This document shows positions 22,681 through 35,640 of a DNA stretch of 64,000 nucleotides, one piece after another. The translations under genes and the position numbers were made by a program. Location of the stretch: positions 19,338,226 to 19,402,225 of the forward strand of contig NC_081354.1 of the NCBI RefSeq assembly GCF_030684315.1, written 5' to 3'. Positions within the stretch are counted from its first letter, which is position 1. Each line of letters begins with the position of its first letter. The notes below the pieces were generated by a model that was given only the letters and a program-made list of their open reading frames with translations, searched no databases and was not told where the DNA came from. This DNA is from Stegostoma tigrinum (lineage: Eukaryota).

Positions 22681-23632
22681 TGCTCCTCTTCTTCCAATGG
22701 GTGAGTCAGCTGACAACATTTTGAGTCATGAAAAATGAACAACAGGGACCAATGTTCCATAATGGAGCTAGATTTTAAAAGCAGGATCAGGAATCTGACA
22801 CCTGGATGAAATGTGGTACCTGACACCCTCATTTTGAATGTGGTAGCTCTAATAGGCCAGGCAGAGAGGAGTTTGCTGCCCAATTTGTGAGGAAGACTGC
22901 ATTCCAGTGTCAGCAACAGCTTGGTCATACTGATGTTTGCCACTACTTTCAGGATAGAACACGCAGCTGATCATAGGGCTAGAAGGATTAATGTTCAAGA
23001 ATGGTAGCCAGGAAAAACTAAGGTAGCGCACAGATTTTGTCACAGATTACCTCAGGGCTCAATATATCTCACATTCAGTGCTTTTCCATAACCCTGTGAA
23101 TAGACTGGGAAAAAGGCAACTGCCTGTTTGCATTCATCAAAATAATAATTTACAAAATCTATTCCCGATTGTACTAACCCCCAACCAAGGTCCTAAAGGA
23201 GGTGGATAGGCCATTAGATGGCACCAGGCAGGTTATCCACTCTGTCCAACAAAAGCACTGGAAATCTGAAATAAAAACAGAAAATGCTGGAGCAAGCCTG
23301 GCAGCATTTGTGGAGAAAGAAAGAGACCAATACTGTATTTTTCCAGACTGTTAAATACTAAGCACACGGCATGGAAATAGAGCATAGCTGATTTTGCCAA
23401 GTCAGATGTTGAAATTTGGGAGGAAAATAACTTGAAGGTTTTCATTCACGCGATGGGTTTTCAATTAAGTCTGGTTCTAACTTCATCAGCCTGCTTGATT
23501 AACATTGAATTTTGTCAGGTGCAGGTTTGTTTGTTCTAACATTAACAAAGGCATTTTCAACTTTACATTAAGAAAAAATTCAATTTTATTTTCCCCAGGT
23601 CTACATGTAATTCATAGTAACATCTAGATGCA

Positions 23633-23822
23633 GAGATTGTAGGAACTGCAGATGCTGGAGAATCTGAGATAATAAGGTATAGAGCTGGATGAACACAGCA
23701 GGTCAAGCAGCATAAGAGGAAATTTTTTCTCAAGTAGGGTCTAGGCCCGAAACGTCAGCTTTCCTGCTCCTCTGATGCTGCTTGGCCTGCTGTGTTCATC
23801 CAGCTCTATACTTTGTTATCTC
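23633..23822. mobile_element. PLE fold-back mini-insertion, family A
   Basis: Left tail plus arm; right arm with degenerate hammerhead CTCAAGT-A-GGGTCTAGGCCC-GAAA-CGTC (23729-23756); perfect 14 bp TSD AACATCTAGATGCA at 23619-23632 and 23823-23836. Confidence 0.9.
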
Positions 23823-25149
23823 AACATCTAGATGCAATTCGTTAGGTTGTGGGTGGATGAGAGTCTGGAAATGAGGGAAATGTGTGTGTGTGGTCAATGC
23901 CTTTTATCTTCTCCAGAGTGGTAGCATATCAGTCGTTCCGTTACTTTGGCAACTAACCAGACAAAAACGTACATAAAGTGGAAGTGAACTGGTTCACTCT
24001 GTGAAGTACCAAGGGTTAACTGTCTGGTTCAGGAAATAGTCTGCACTATTGGTGATATTATCAGCACTTGGCAGTTAAACAGACAAAAAGAAGAATGTAA
24101 AAATGTTAATTGTGACTTTTTATTGCAATGTTACCAAGACAAAATACAAGGAAACCTAGTGCAGAATTAAAATTTGGTGATAAGTCAACTATATTACACC
24201 TGTTATGACTGTTCACACAATGTAAAAAGATATATGCTTTGCTAACATTTTTAAAAAAGATATCCTTAGTCTGGAAGCAGAAATTAAATGCAACATGTCA
24301 ATGCTTGTAGAAGCCTAACTTGGTAAAACATAAAGAGACAAAATGTTAACGGCCAAGAATTTGGTGAATCAAGTATCTGAAAAAGTTAGCCAATACATTT
24401 TCCTCACCCTTCAAATTCAAATGTGTTGCACATCTAATTGCTGGAAATGTGCGCTGATAATAGGGGTAATAGGGTACTTATGGCACAAGACCAACAGACT
24501 CAAACAAAAAATTTAGGGAATTTTAAACAAACAGGAATGATGGAGAAAGATGTATTTTAAAGTTATATACTTAAATTAAACTGTCATTAGATTTTACTGA
24601 AACTCTTCCTGGTTTTCCATTTGTATGATTATGAAGAGCTCAACACATACAACGAACAGTTCTGGTGAACTTGCTATTAAGTTGTCCAAAAAGGAAAGAT
24701 GCAATTTGTTATGTTATAGTCTCAAAATTAGAAATACAGCTTAAAAACAAAATATGTACTTTGAGGGCAACAAATTTTAAATAATTTGAAAGACTTACTG
24801 ATGACAATATGAATGCACTCATTGGAGGTACCGTTATATCTTGGAAGAAAAATTTATGCATTCAAGGCAGGCAGCACAAACCCACATGCAGATCTACATC
24901 AGGAAATGGAACATTTCAAAGTTCTGTATCAGTCAATCAGTTGACATATCACGTAGACCAACTGGAAGAAGTGTGGTTTGTGACACATTGTTTAACAATT
25001 TTTGGAATTAGAAACAGTACCTTAGATTTTCATTAAGATTGTCTTTTATTAGCTGACACTTTATTGACAACGTGTAGAATAAAACAGGATTTTTATTATT
25101 GATTTTTAATGAAAGGAATGATGTTGCTTTTTTACAAAATTTGACTCAA

Positions 25150-25600
25150 TTCACTTTGAGTTTGAACTGACCGAAGGATAGAGATAGCCCATTTCAACCC
25201 TTTAGACCATTCAGCGTGAATGCGGCTGATTTGGATCACAGCCCCATTTAGCTACTTAGCTTCACACCCCATAGTACTCCTATACAAGCAATAATCTATC
25301 GATTTCAGTCTTGAGTTTCAATTTCCCCAAAAACTGTAGCCTACTGTGAAAGAAAACTTGAAATTTCTACAAACTATGTATGATCAAATGTTTCCCAACA
25401 TCTTTCCCAACTGGCTTGACACTAAGTTTAAGGTTATGTTTCTGTGTGCTCAACTGCCCCGCAAGTGGAAGTAGTTTTCATAATGTACCATTTTAACATT
25501 TTAGACAAGTTGATCAGACCACCTTCTGATCTTTAACACTTTAGAGATTGCAATGCAAATTTATACAACCTGGCATCATAATTTGATCTTCTAAATCCCT
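25150..25600 (-). mobile_element. Old CR1 3' remnant
   Basis: Degenerate reverse complement of CR1 3' UTR and C-terminal coding. Confidence 0.5.
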
Positions 25601-25604
25601 TCTA

Positions 25605-25800
25605 GGAGATCTTGTAACACTGTGGGTAGTGCTTTGGAGGTAAAAACTCCAGGTTCAGTCCTTCTCCAGAACTTAATGAGCAAGGAAGATGCATGAACAT
25701 GGCCAAAAGTTGAATATTGGCTTGTAAATCCTTCCAATGCATGTGGGTGGCAGGCAATAGGAACAGGAGGAACTCCTGGTCAGCCATATGATGGAAAGAA
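25605..25800 (+). mobile_element. tRNA-derived SINE-like remnant
   Basis: TAACACTGTGGGTAG (A-box-like) and GGTTCAGTCC (B-box-like). Confidence 0.4.
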
Positions 25801-26328
25801 TTGTAGCCTCTACCATTGCTGAGCTACAACATATATGTAATAGTGTACGTTGTTGGAGTGATTTGGATTCCTTGATTCTGTTAGGTCAGTGTCTAGACAG
25901 CTGGTCTGGATCACATTTGGTACCATCAGCATGGTGTTTGGCTCCTATAGCGGTCGGGGTGGAATCAGGGCCTCACCCCACCCTTTTCATGTTAGAGGCT
26001 GTGATGCTGAAGATTGAACTTAATTTTGGGCAGGGAGAGAAGAAAAAGCCACTTCTGGTACAATTCTACCTGCAAGACTATAGAAAGACAGGAGCGGCAG
26101 TAGGCAATTTGGCTCTTTGAACCTGCTTCTTCACCATTCAATAAGATCATGATTGATTTGTTTGAGGTATGCTCTAGTGTCCTGTCTGCACCCCATTGCT
26201 CTTGAAACCCTTGACTATCAAAACTCTATCTAACTCAGCTTTAGGTAAATGAAAACCCATAGGGTCCACTACCTTATTGAAAGAAAAAAAATCTACAAAG
26301 TAATCATTTTCAGGGTGAGTAAATATCT

Positions 26329-28157
26329 TTATAGTTTTCAAGAAGATTTGTATTTTGGTTTGCAGGTGAGGTTGTAGACATGCTTGCTGAGCTGGTGGGT
26401 TTGATTGCAAATGTTTTCTCACCCTGCTAGATAACTTTGTCAGTGCGCCTCCGATGAAGCCTCAGTATTCTGTCTGTCTTGTTATTTATATGCCTCAGTT
26501 TGTTGGGGTGTTTGGGATCACTTCCAGTCCTGTTTCTCAGTGGTTTGTACACAAGGTCTAATTTAATGTGTTTGTTGGAGTTCTGGTTGGAATACCAGGC
26601 CTCTAGGAATTCCCTGGCATGTCTCTGTTTGGCTTGTGCAATTATGGAGGAGTTGTCCCAGTCCAATTCTTGACCCTCGTTGTCTTTGTGTAGTGAGACA
26701 AATGAGAAATGGTTGTGTCTCTTGGTGGCTAGTTGGCGTTCGTGTATCTGTATTGTCAGTTTTCTTTCAGTTTAGCCTGTGTAGTGTTTCTCACAGTCCT
26801 TGCAATGTATTTTGTATATTACACCAGTTTTGCTGGTTTACCATTGCCAGTAGCTGTCGTAGGGTGGTTGTTGGTTTGTGGGCTATTCTGACACCTAGAG
26901 GTCTGAGTACGCTTGAGATCATCTCTGAAATGTTCTTGATATACAATAAAGTGATTAATGATAAGTAACAGCAGGTTGTGCTTTTTGGGTATCCATTCCT
27001 TTTGGAGACTCTGTATGGGTCCTCCTGTTCTGATTTGCGTAGTTCCAGTTTGCTGCAATGTGTTGTGGCTCATTTAAATAGCATCCTGATGCTGCTCCAT
27101 TTGTGGGGCATTGGGGTGGTTGCTACTGTAATTGAGCATGGGGTCCGCATCTGTGGTCTTTCTATATATACACACATTAGTCTGGAGTTCCCTGTTGTTT
27201 TTGCATTGTACCAGTACAACCAGGAAGGGTGGTTAGTCATTGTTCTCCTCCTTTTTTGTGAATTTTATCCCAGTGGGTTTCTTCTAGTTTTATGTGTTTA
27301 ACAAATACAAAGATGTCACCTACATATCGGACCCAAAGTTTGGGTTGTGTAGTGGGGAAGTGCTGTCTATTCTAACCTTTGCACTACTGCTTCTGCAATC
27401 AGTCCTGATATTGGGGAACACACTGGTGTTCTGTTGAAGGTGAAGTGAGTTGTGAGGCACAGAGGTAGTAGTTTCATGGTGGTGTCCTTATTAATGTTGT
27501 CGGTATTCTGGACAGCCTGTCTACTTGATTTGTCCTGTAGTGTGGCAATTGTCTCTTTAGCTAGGTCAATGTTTATGGATGTAAATAGTGTTCTTATGTC
27601 AAAGGATATCATCACCATGTCCTCTTCTATCCTAGTGTCCTTGGTCATGTTGAGGAATTCTTGGGATGAGTGGATGGAGAGGGTAGTGTTGTCCACTAGA
27701 TATTTCAATTTCTGTTGTAGTTCTTGGGCCAATAAATATGTTGATGTACCTGGTAGTGAGACAATGGGTCTGAGCGAGAACTCCCAGTTTGTGCACCGTG
27801 GAGTGTCGAATGAAGCGAGGTGTGTTCGAACCCTCTGGCTTCATTTTTGGGTAGTCTGTTTTGATGATGTCTCCTGAGTTGTGCAATTTCTTCAGGGTTG
27901 TTGTAATCTGGGTCCCTCACTATGGTGTTGAATCTACCGCCATCTAGGGGTAAGTGTCAGTATATGCGAGTAGTGCATGAGCTTTCTTGATGTATTGGGC
28001 TCTATTGAAGATTACTGTCATGCTTTCTTCATCCACACCTCAAAAAATTGAGGCATATAAAAAGAATAAGCAGGACAGAACACTGACACTTCACTGGAGG
28101 CGCAGTGATGCTGATAGCTAGCAGGGTGATGAAATATTTGGAACTGAACCCACTGGC
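26329..28157 (-). mobile_element. Penelope-like retroelement (Penelope/Poseidon type), 5'-truncated, with inverted pseudo-LTRs
   Basis: RT motifs MISFDIRTLFTSI, SPISGLIAEAVVQRLE, LWVRYVGDIFV (~27305-27340); GIY-YIG VIYKIHCKDCEKHYTG (~26775-26825); AREFLEAW. Inverted repeat ~26385-26500 vs ~28045-28157; flanking TGAGTAAA(T/C)ATCT at 26316-26328 and 28158-28170. Confidence 0.92.
26427..28015 (-). pseudogene. Frameshifted PLE reverse transcriptase / GIY-YIG endonuclease ORF
   Basis: Pieces 27705..27920, 27632..27886, 27367..27732, 26819..27073 and 26427..26666 are collinear PLE domains with frameshifts; catalytic YVDD reads YVGD. Confidence 0.88.
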
Positions 28158-28814
28158 TGAGTAAACATCTCTTCTTCTTTGTCTTCAACCAGAGAGCCTG
28201 TATTCTTAAACTTTGTCCCTGGTTTTGGTTTCCCCGCAAGAAGAAACTCCTCCCAGTGCTCTCAGAATCTCATAGGATTCAATTGGATCCCCACTTATTG
28301 CTCTAAGCTCCATGGGATACACACAAACCTAACTAGTTCAACCTATCTTCAGAACACAAGCCCTTCTTCCTGGGAAGGAGTGAACGTGCTACAAACTGTT
28401 TCCAAAGCAATTATATTTTTTTTCCAAATAAGACAACCAGACCTGTACATGATACTCTAGATGTTGTCTCACCAATACCTGTCCAGCTGCAGTAAAAGCT
28501 CCCCACTTTTATATTCCTTTGCTCTTGCAATAAATGACATTTCAATTGCTATCCTAATCACTTGCTATATCTCTGTACTAATTTTATGTGAGTCATGTAC
28601 CAGGATACTCAGATCTCTATGTACTATCAAATTCTGTAATCTCGCTCTCATTTAAAAACAATAAGGCTTTTTTACTCTTCCTGCCAAATTAGACAAATTC
28701 ACATTCACCCACTTTACACTCCTTCTGCCAATCTTTTAGCCATTCAGTTAACCTGTCGATACCCCTGCGCAGACTCTCTATCTCGTCTTGACAATTTACT
28801 ATCTTACTTATTGT

Positions 28815-29022
28815 AAAGCAAAGAACTGTGGACGCTGGAGATCAAAAACAAATAAAAAACAGAATTTGCTGCAGAAACTCAACATGGTCTGGCAGCATCT
28901 ATGAAGAGAATTGTCCTTTTCTATTCTGAAGTGTCACTGAACTCGAAACATCCACTCTGTTTTTCCTTTCACAGGTGTTGCCAGATTTGCCGAGTTTGTC
29001 TTGTAATTTCTGTTTTCATTTG
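28815..29022. mobile_element. PLE fold-back mini-insertion, family B (degenerate)
   Basis: Tail plus arm AAAGAACTGTGGACGCTGGAGATC...GGTCTGGCAGCATCT; opposite arm TGTTGCCAGATTTGCCGAGTTT; remnant CTGAAG..TCACTGAACTCGAAAC. Confidence 0.7.
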
Positions 29023-32000
29023 TTGTTTTCCTACCTATCTTGGTGTTACTGTCAAACTGAGCTATCATACATTTGGTCTCCTCTCATCCAAATCATAGAC
29101 ATAAGTTGTAAATAGTTGAGGACCCAGTACTGTTTCATGTGGCTCTCCACCAGTTATAGTTTGACAATCAAAAAAAAATCCTTCTATGCCTGTTCTGTTA
29201 GCCAACCAATCCTTTATCCACGCTAACAAAGTTACCCTCTACAACATATGCTCTTTTCCACTGGAACAACCTCAGATGTGGCACCTAATCAAACACCTTG
29301 AGGAAAGTTAAGAAACCACATTTATCAGTTCCTCACTATTCACTGTGAATGTCACTTCACCAAGGCACTCCAACTGATTATTTAAACTCAATTCCAGAGG
29401 TATTAAATAGGAATGTCTGTTTCACAAAGCTATATTAGCCTTAGATCACCTTGAGATTTTCTCAGTATCCTGCCACAAAGTCCTTGATAATAAATTTTAG
29501 CACCTTCCAAAAACCGATGTTAAGCAAACTGGTCCATAGTCTCCTGATTTCTGTCACCCTTGTTTTTTTTTAATAAAAGGGTATTTTCCAATCTGTTAGG
29601 TCCATTCCAGAATCTAAATGGAATGTTGCAATATGATAACAATATATCATCTATCTGTGCTGACTGTTCTTTTAAAATTTTAGTATGTAGGTCATCCAGT
29701 CCTTGGGACTTATCATTCTTTAAATCCAAAAATTTTTTTAGCATCTTTTGTTTGGGAATTGTGATTGTTTTAAGTTCGAGCCTTATTATCAACTCTTGAG
29801 CTTTAATTAACTTTAAGAAATTTTCTAAGTCTTTTGCCATGAAATCAGACACAAAATAACTGTTCTAAGCCTCCAACATTTCTTTAATTTCCAATATTAA
29901 TTCTGAAAGCATGATCTCTGGAGGATTAATGCAAATTCTAGTTACTTCTTTTTCTATTCACATAATTGTAGGAACTCTAACTCTGATTTTTAAATTACTG
30001 GCAAGCTTTCTCTCATACTCTGCTTTGTGCATTTTTATTACCTTCTTTGTCACGCTTTGTTGGTTCTTAAAATCTTTTCAATCCTCTGTTCATACCATTA
30101 TTCTTTACATATTTGAGCAGTGTCTCTTCCAGTTGAGTTTTGTTCTGAACTATCTTATTTAACCAGAGATTACGCATTCTTCTCAAAGAACCTTCATTTT
30201 TCATAAGAATTGATTTTTCAGTTTTTAAAGCATCTCCCTAAAAATCTGCTACAGGAATTCTACTGTCCTACTTTTTAACCTAGTCTACCAGTTCACCTTA
30301 GCCAATTTTACTTTCATATTTTGTTTTATTTAGCTTTGGAACACTGGTCATGGACTACACTTGCACCTTTCATACTGAGCATGAAATTCTGTCACATTGT
30401 GATTAATGTCCCTAGGATTCTAGAGGATCTTTTGACATTAGATTATTGATTAATCCTGTCTCATTGCACATTACCAAGCTTGGGATACACTGCTATTTGA
30501 TTAGCTCAAGAAATTGACCTGAAAATACTCTATTAACTCATTTTACAGTCTACCTTTGCCAGTCTGATTCTCTGAATACATCTGGACTAAAGTCATCCAT
30601 GATTATTGTAATATATTGCTTTCAAGTCCCTTTATTTCTTCCTGTATGCTGTGTCCTACAGTGTAAATACTGTTAGAGAATTGTAGTCTATTCCCCAACT
30701 GAGCTCTTATCTTTACCATTTCTTTCCCAACCCAAAAAGATTTGACATCTTGATCTTTCAAGTTAAGGTCACCTCTCAGTACTGAACTAAAAAAAATCTT
30801 TCATGAATAGAGCCAGCTTGTCCACTTTTCCTAGCTTTCTGAAATCCTGATTAATCAAATACTCTTCATCATTCAGGTCAGATTCTTAGTTACCTTTCAA
30901 TAATGTCCCTGTAATGTTGATGAGGTCATCCATATTAATATCTATCTGTGCTAATAACACATCATTTTCATTACAAATGCACTGTGCAATCAGATACAGG
31001 ACCTGAAACTATGCTTAAGACCTAAATGATTGCTTTGAGAAACAGATTGCTACATAATGACTGAATTTTCCAGCCAAGTGCTGTTTAACTGACAATAAGA
31101 GAAGCACCAAGCTGGTTCTAAGGTGTTTGTTAACAAAGAGAGAGAAAATTGAATTGAAGATTGAATTTATTCCAGTTGCTTTAATGCCTCACTGGAGTAG
31201 TATACTGGAAATCAAACCCTGCTATTCCCAGAGTTGTCAAAAAAGAATAAGATTACATAGAAGTGTGCAAATTCCCCAATTTACCTGATCTCCAGACAAA
31301 GGTCAACATAAACCACAGGCCAGGTTTTGATACTTAACAATTAAACGGACTGTAGCTTCAATTAAATAATAATGAACTGTCATCATATTATTCTTCTAGT
31401 TAAAACCTTAACCCCTTCTAAACTCCCCCTTTCTCTCTGTATATCTTCATTACTTACACACACACACACGAAAAAAAATGGAGTTATGGATGGAAGGAAA
31501 ATTGTGGAAACAGTTCAGTAATCTATGTTGACAAGATCTGATGATATTATTCTTGATTAGAATGCTGATTATTAGTTTTTCTGTGGGTGATTTCACTAGC
31601 TTATGGAAGCCTGGGCGGCAGGTTCACACAATTATAAAACATCTCTATCTTATTAATTAAAAGCCATAGTTATCATAACCACTGAATGAAAACTAAACTG
31701 GTTTGCTTCAGGATTAAAGTGACCCTTTTCTGCAGAGAACAGAGACAGCTACTGGGCTGCGCTCATCTGCTGGCTTCTCCCTATCTTGTTCACAGCACCA
31801 AATTGTTCAGCTACCTAAGAACCAATCACATAGTTGATGGCAGGCAAAAGGCCTTTGTCAATGAAAACTGGTCACTAGCCCACAGACCAATCACCTACTT
31901 TTTTTCTAGCTGGATTTCCATTTGTACAGATCCTTGGTTGCAGTTCATCTGCACCATCCCCAACTACTGCTTGAATTAGCAGCTGTCTAAACAACGCTTA

Positions 32001-33418
32001 CAATGAATGTTAGCAAACTCACTTTAAAACTATGGTAAATCTTCAACAATTCTTGACTTTAAAATAGTTCTTTTCTTGTTCTAGTTCACAATGAAACATA
32101 CAGCAAATAAAAATATACATACACTCTTTGCATTATTTTATATATTTTTTAGACCTTAAAAAGTACTAAGCAGGAATAGGATCTTCTTGTTTCTTACTTT
32201 GTCTTTTATGGGGGGAGGTTAGATTTCTCAGGAAAAAAATGACAGGAAGCAAAGATCTTTTTATTTCTCTTCTGTTTATGCTAATCTCTTCGCAGAGTTA
32301 CTTTGCAGACTAGGACCCCTAAGTCGAGTTTAAGTGTTCTTGTCTTTGTGAGATGGGCTGTTGGAAGATGATCTAGAAGCAGTTCCACTATAAAAGAGAG
32401 AATAAAATTCATAATAAAGTTGTACACAGAATTGTGTGAATTAAAAACAAGTCCATCAGAGTCAAAATCAGATTTTCAAATTCTCTCAGTAACTCAAAAG
32501 TGAGATGATGAAATTCAATGCAAAGGAGAAAAGAATTCTATTCAAAAGACGTGGGTTTTCACTGCTTGGTCTAGACACTCAGTGGCCAGGGTTCTCGCTA
32601 ACATTTATTTGCAGGCTTTCAGGTTGGAAATCTTACTTTATCAAGAGGACCACTTCAAGATTGCTTTCTCCCTCCCACAAAACAAATACACTATGTACCT
32701 ACTATACTGGATAGCCACTCTGGTCTATCCAATAGAGTACTGATATTCCTGGCTGAGGTACTGCCACACAAACATGATGGTCATTCTCTGGCAAGTCCTA
32801 GGATTATTTCTGGGATATTATGACCAACACAACTTGAGTGGTCTCCTGTATTTTCACATATTGAACCTCTGGAGAGAAAACATACTCCTAAAAGAATACC
32901 ATTAGTTAACAAATTACTCAATTAGTATCTCAACCTATTTAACAGTGTGGGTGTTGTGTGCAATTAAAATTGCAGTTTTCTGCTAAACTATGTCTAACAT
33001 TGACTACTGAATCAATCAGCACACAAACATGTATCTCTGTTTCTGCTAAAGAATTGACAGACATTTTTCTATTCTACTTGTGTAAATGCTTTTATTGTTT
33101 TATGCATTGCATTGGCGCAGATTGAAAAAATAGTAACAAAGAAAACAACTCAGCATGTGTCGTTCTATTTTTAGTTGATGAGAATGATTAATTCTCAGTC
33201 AGCTGAAGCAGTGAACAAGTACAGTATGATTCCACTAACAATGACCTTGTAACAAGGCAGTAAAAATCATGCGTGTGTAATTCAGAAATAATCTAAAAGC
33301 TTCTATTACATAAATGTCAATGCAAAAACTTCCTCAGATCCAAATGTTAAGATCATGGTGCAGTTAGTCATCATAGAATAAATGCATAAGGTAGACATGT
33401 TTATTGAAGGAAATTGAA

Positions 33419-33745
33419 GGCAGCCCAGTGGCTCACTGGTTAACGCTGTTACCTCACAGCACCAGAGACCTGGGTTTGATTCCAGCCTTAGCGGACTGTC
33501 TGTGTGGAGCGTGCATGTTCTCCCTGTCTCTCTGTGGGTTTCTGCCAGATGCTCTGGTTTCCTCCCACAGTCCAAAGATGTGTGTGTTACATGGATTGGC
33601 CATGCTAAATTACCCATAGCATTCAGGGATGCTTGGGTTAGCCATGAGAAATGTAGGGTTAAAGGGATGGGTCTGGGTGGGATGCTCTTCGGAGGGTTGG
33701 TTGGACTGACTGGCCTGTTTCCACACTTTAGGGATTCTACATTAA
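33419..33745 (+). mobile_element. HE1-type (V-SINE) tRNA-derived SINE
   Basis: A box TGGCTCACTGG, B box GGTTTGATTCC, core TGTGTGGAG..TGCATGTTCTCCC...TTCCTCCCACAGTCCAAAGATG, CR1-like tail. Confidence 0.85.
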
Positions 33746-34070
33746 AAAAAAGTTTGTTTCTAAAATGCTGTACTGTGACCTGCTGTCTTGTAATTAGAAA
33801 TTCTAATTAGATTTGGCACCTTCATTAACAATTTTTGGCTGACTAGGGAAAATAACTGATGTTGAACTGATAACTCACTAATTTTGATGACCAATTTAGA
33901 TGTGTAGTTGTCCAAAGTCAATTTTTAGTCCTAAAATGGAGAAAAACAATCTTAAGATCAGCTTTAGTTGTAGAATTTGAGCGCCATCTGCTGTCAGGGC
34001 TACAGTAACAAAATCAAATTGAAGCAAGTATGATTGGAGCAAATGAGGATATCTAAATGAAAGTCAATAT

Positions 34071-34358
34071 CATAGAATCCCTGCAGTGGGCAAGTTTGGA
34101 GTTTGCAGTTTGGTCCATCAAATCCACACCGACCCTCAAAAGAGCATCCCCCCCCAGACCCACCCGCTTCATCCCTGCATTTCTCTCTGCCGATCCACCT
34201 AACTTGCACATCTTTGGACTATGGGAGGAAACCACAACACCCCAGAGGAAACCCACACAGGCACAGGGAAAACATGCAAACTCTACATTCTGGTCTGGAA
34301 TTGGACCTCAATCCCTGGCACTGTGAGACAGCAGTGCTAACCTCTGAACCACCGTGCT
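34071..34358 (-). mobile_element. HE1-type SINE
   Basis: Reverse complement of the same family (GCACGGTGGTTCAGAGGTTAGCACTGCTG...). Confidence 0.85.
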
Positions 34359-35439
34359 AAACTGAAAGCGCTTTAATATAACATCTGTGCCTGTTCTACC
34401 ATTCCTATCTCCTCCCATCAAGTTTAAACCATGTAGCCCAGCTTACACATCCTACTATTTTATCAGCTAAATTTCTCAACAATTTGTTATTTACAGATAA
34501 AAACACCGAATAATAGCATATTAGAATTTCGTACTATTTTGAACATGCAACATTGACAAGAGTAAACAAAAACTAATAAATCTGCGTTAACTGAATAAAA
34601 TGTCATGGGAAACATTATATGCGCTTAGTAAGTTCTGCCTGTTATCTAAGTTTGTACTAGGTTCCGAATCCATTTGCAGAAAGATTGTCAACACAGCTGA
34701 CTCCCCAGGCATATCCGGAAGTTGAAATTTCCAATGGACAATTGCCTGGCATCTGGAAGACTCTGAAAACATTCCAAACTCTGAACAGAGATTTCCAAAC
34801 GACATAGGTTAACAGCTACCCCAGAAAGGTTTGAAGGATCAAAACCACTCTGGTTCATTACTACTAATGCCCAATCCACCCATCTTCATACTCATGTTGA
34901 ACCAAATCTCCAATCTAATCCAGTATACGACTTGCTCACCCACCCGCCACATTCAGCTTCTTTCACCAGCTGTCAAAATTGCTACAGGATATTTAACACT
35001 TTAAATATGGCAGCTAGTGTCAAATCTGGGCCTTGTTGATCCATTCCACTTTTGGCTGTAGAGATTACAGGCCCAGGCTGCTTCAGCTGGGCCTGGACAC
35101 TTGCAGAGATAACTCCTTATGTGTATTTCTTTTGTCTGATCAAGGTATCAATAGGGGCTGAGATTTTCCACTTGAGTTAAAAGTATGGAGCAGAGTGTGT
35201 TAAAGGTTGTCATTTGCAACATGGCAGAGGGCTCGTCATATTGTATGATCTTGTGCTTTTCACTTTATTATCCGTGCAAGGGAAATGTTCTGAGAGTGAC
35301 TTTATGTGGGCAGGTAGTTCTCACCTGGGCAGAAACTTCCAGAATCATATGTTCTATTTAACGACCATCATTCACTGAGTAGGAGCTTCAAAAGAGCCTT
35401 GTGTTTGACTCCCTTGAGATGCTATATAAGGAAATGCTC

Positions 35440-35640
35440 ATCCCTTCCCTCAGTGCCACTCCTTAAAAGGTTCTGTTGGGTGCTGTCTCGGAAAGAAGAG
35501 ACACCCTATTTCCCAGAAATGCCACACAGTGGCTCTCCGAACAAAACCACACTGCCTGGCCCCAGGTAACTTTGAAGGTGAATGCCAATGGCTTGCAGTG
35601 AAAAATCTACAGCACTCCACCAGGGCAAATAACTTGTGTC
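35440..35640 (+). pseudogene. Harbinger Myb/SANT-like DNA-binding domain remnant
   Basis: Manual translation: PSLSATP*KVLLGAVSERRDTLFPRNATQWLSEQNHTAWPQVTLKVNA, matching the PRFS...LEVLL.AV..RR..LFP...AW..VA..VNA pattern. Confidence 0.65.

Larger units (their letters stand above)
26080..31010 (-). mobile_element. Long old CR1 ORF2 remnant interrupted by Penelope (26329-28157) and a PLE mini-element (28815-29022)
   Basis: 3' UTR at 26080-26200; ORF 29520..29852 (LKNDKSQGLDDLHTKILKE, i.e. KSPGPD.LHPR.LKE); endonuclease-like remnants to ~30900. Confidence 0.7.

Noticed and set aside
31190-32830. Possible LTR remnants (also ~8000-8450)
   Set aside because: Composition is suggestive, but no termini, TSD or second copy could be shown.
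33419-33500. tRNA genes at SINE heads (also 34290, 46286, 50720, 57660)
   Set aside because: A/B boxes run into SINE bodies and CR1-like tails; no complete cloverleaf.
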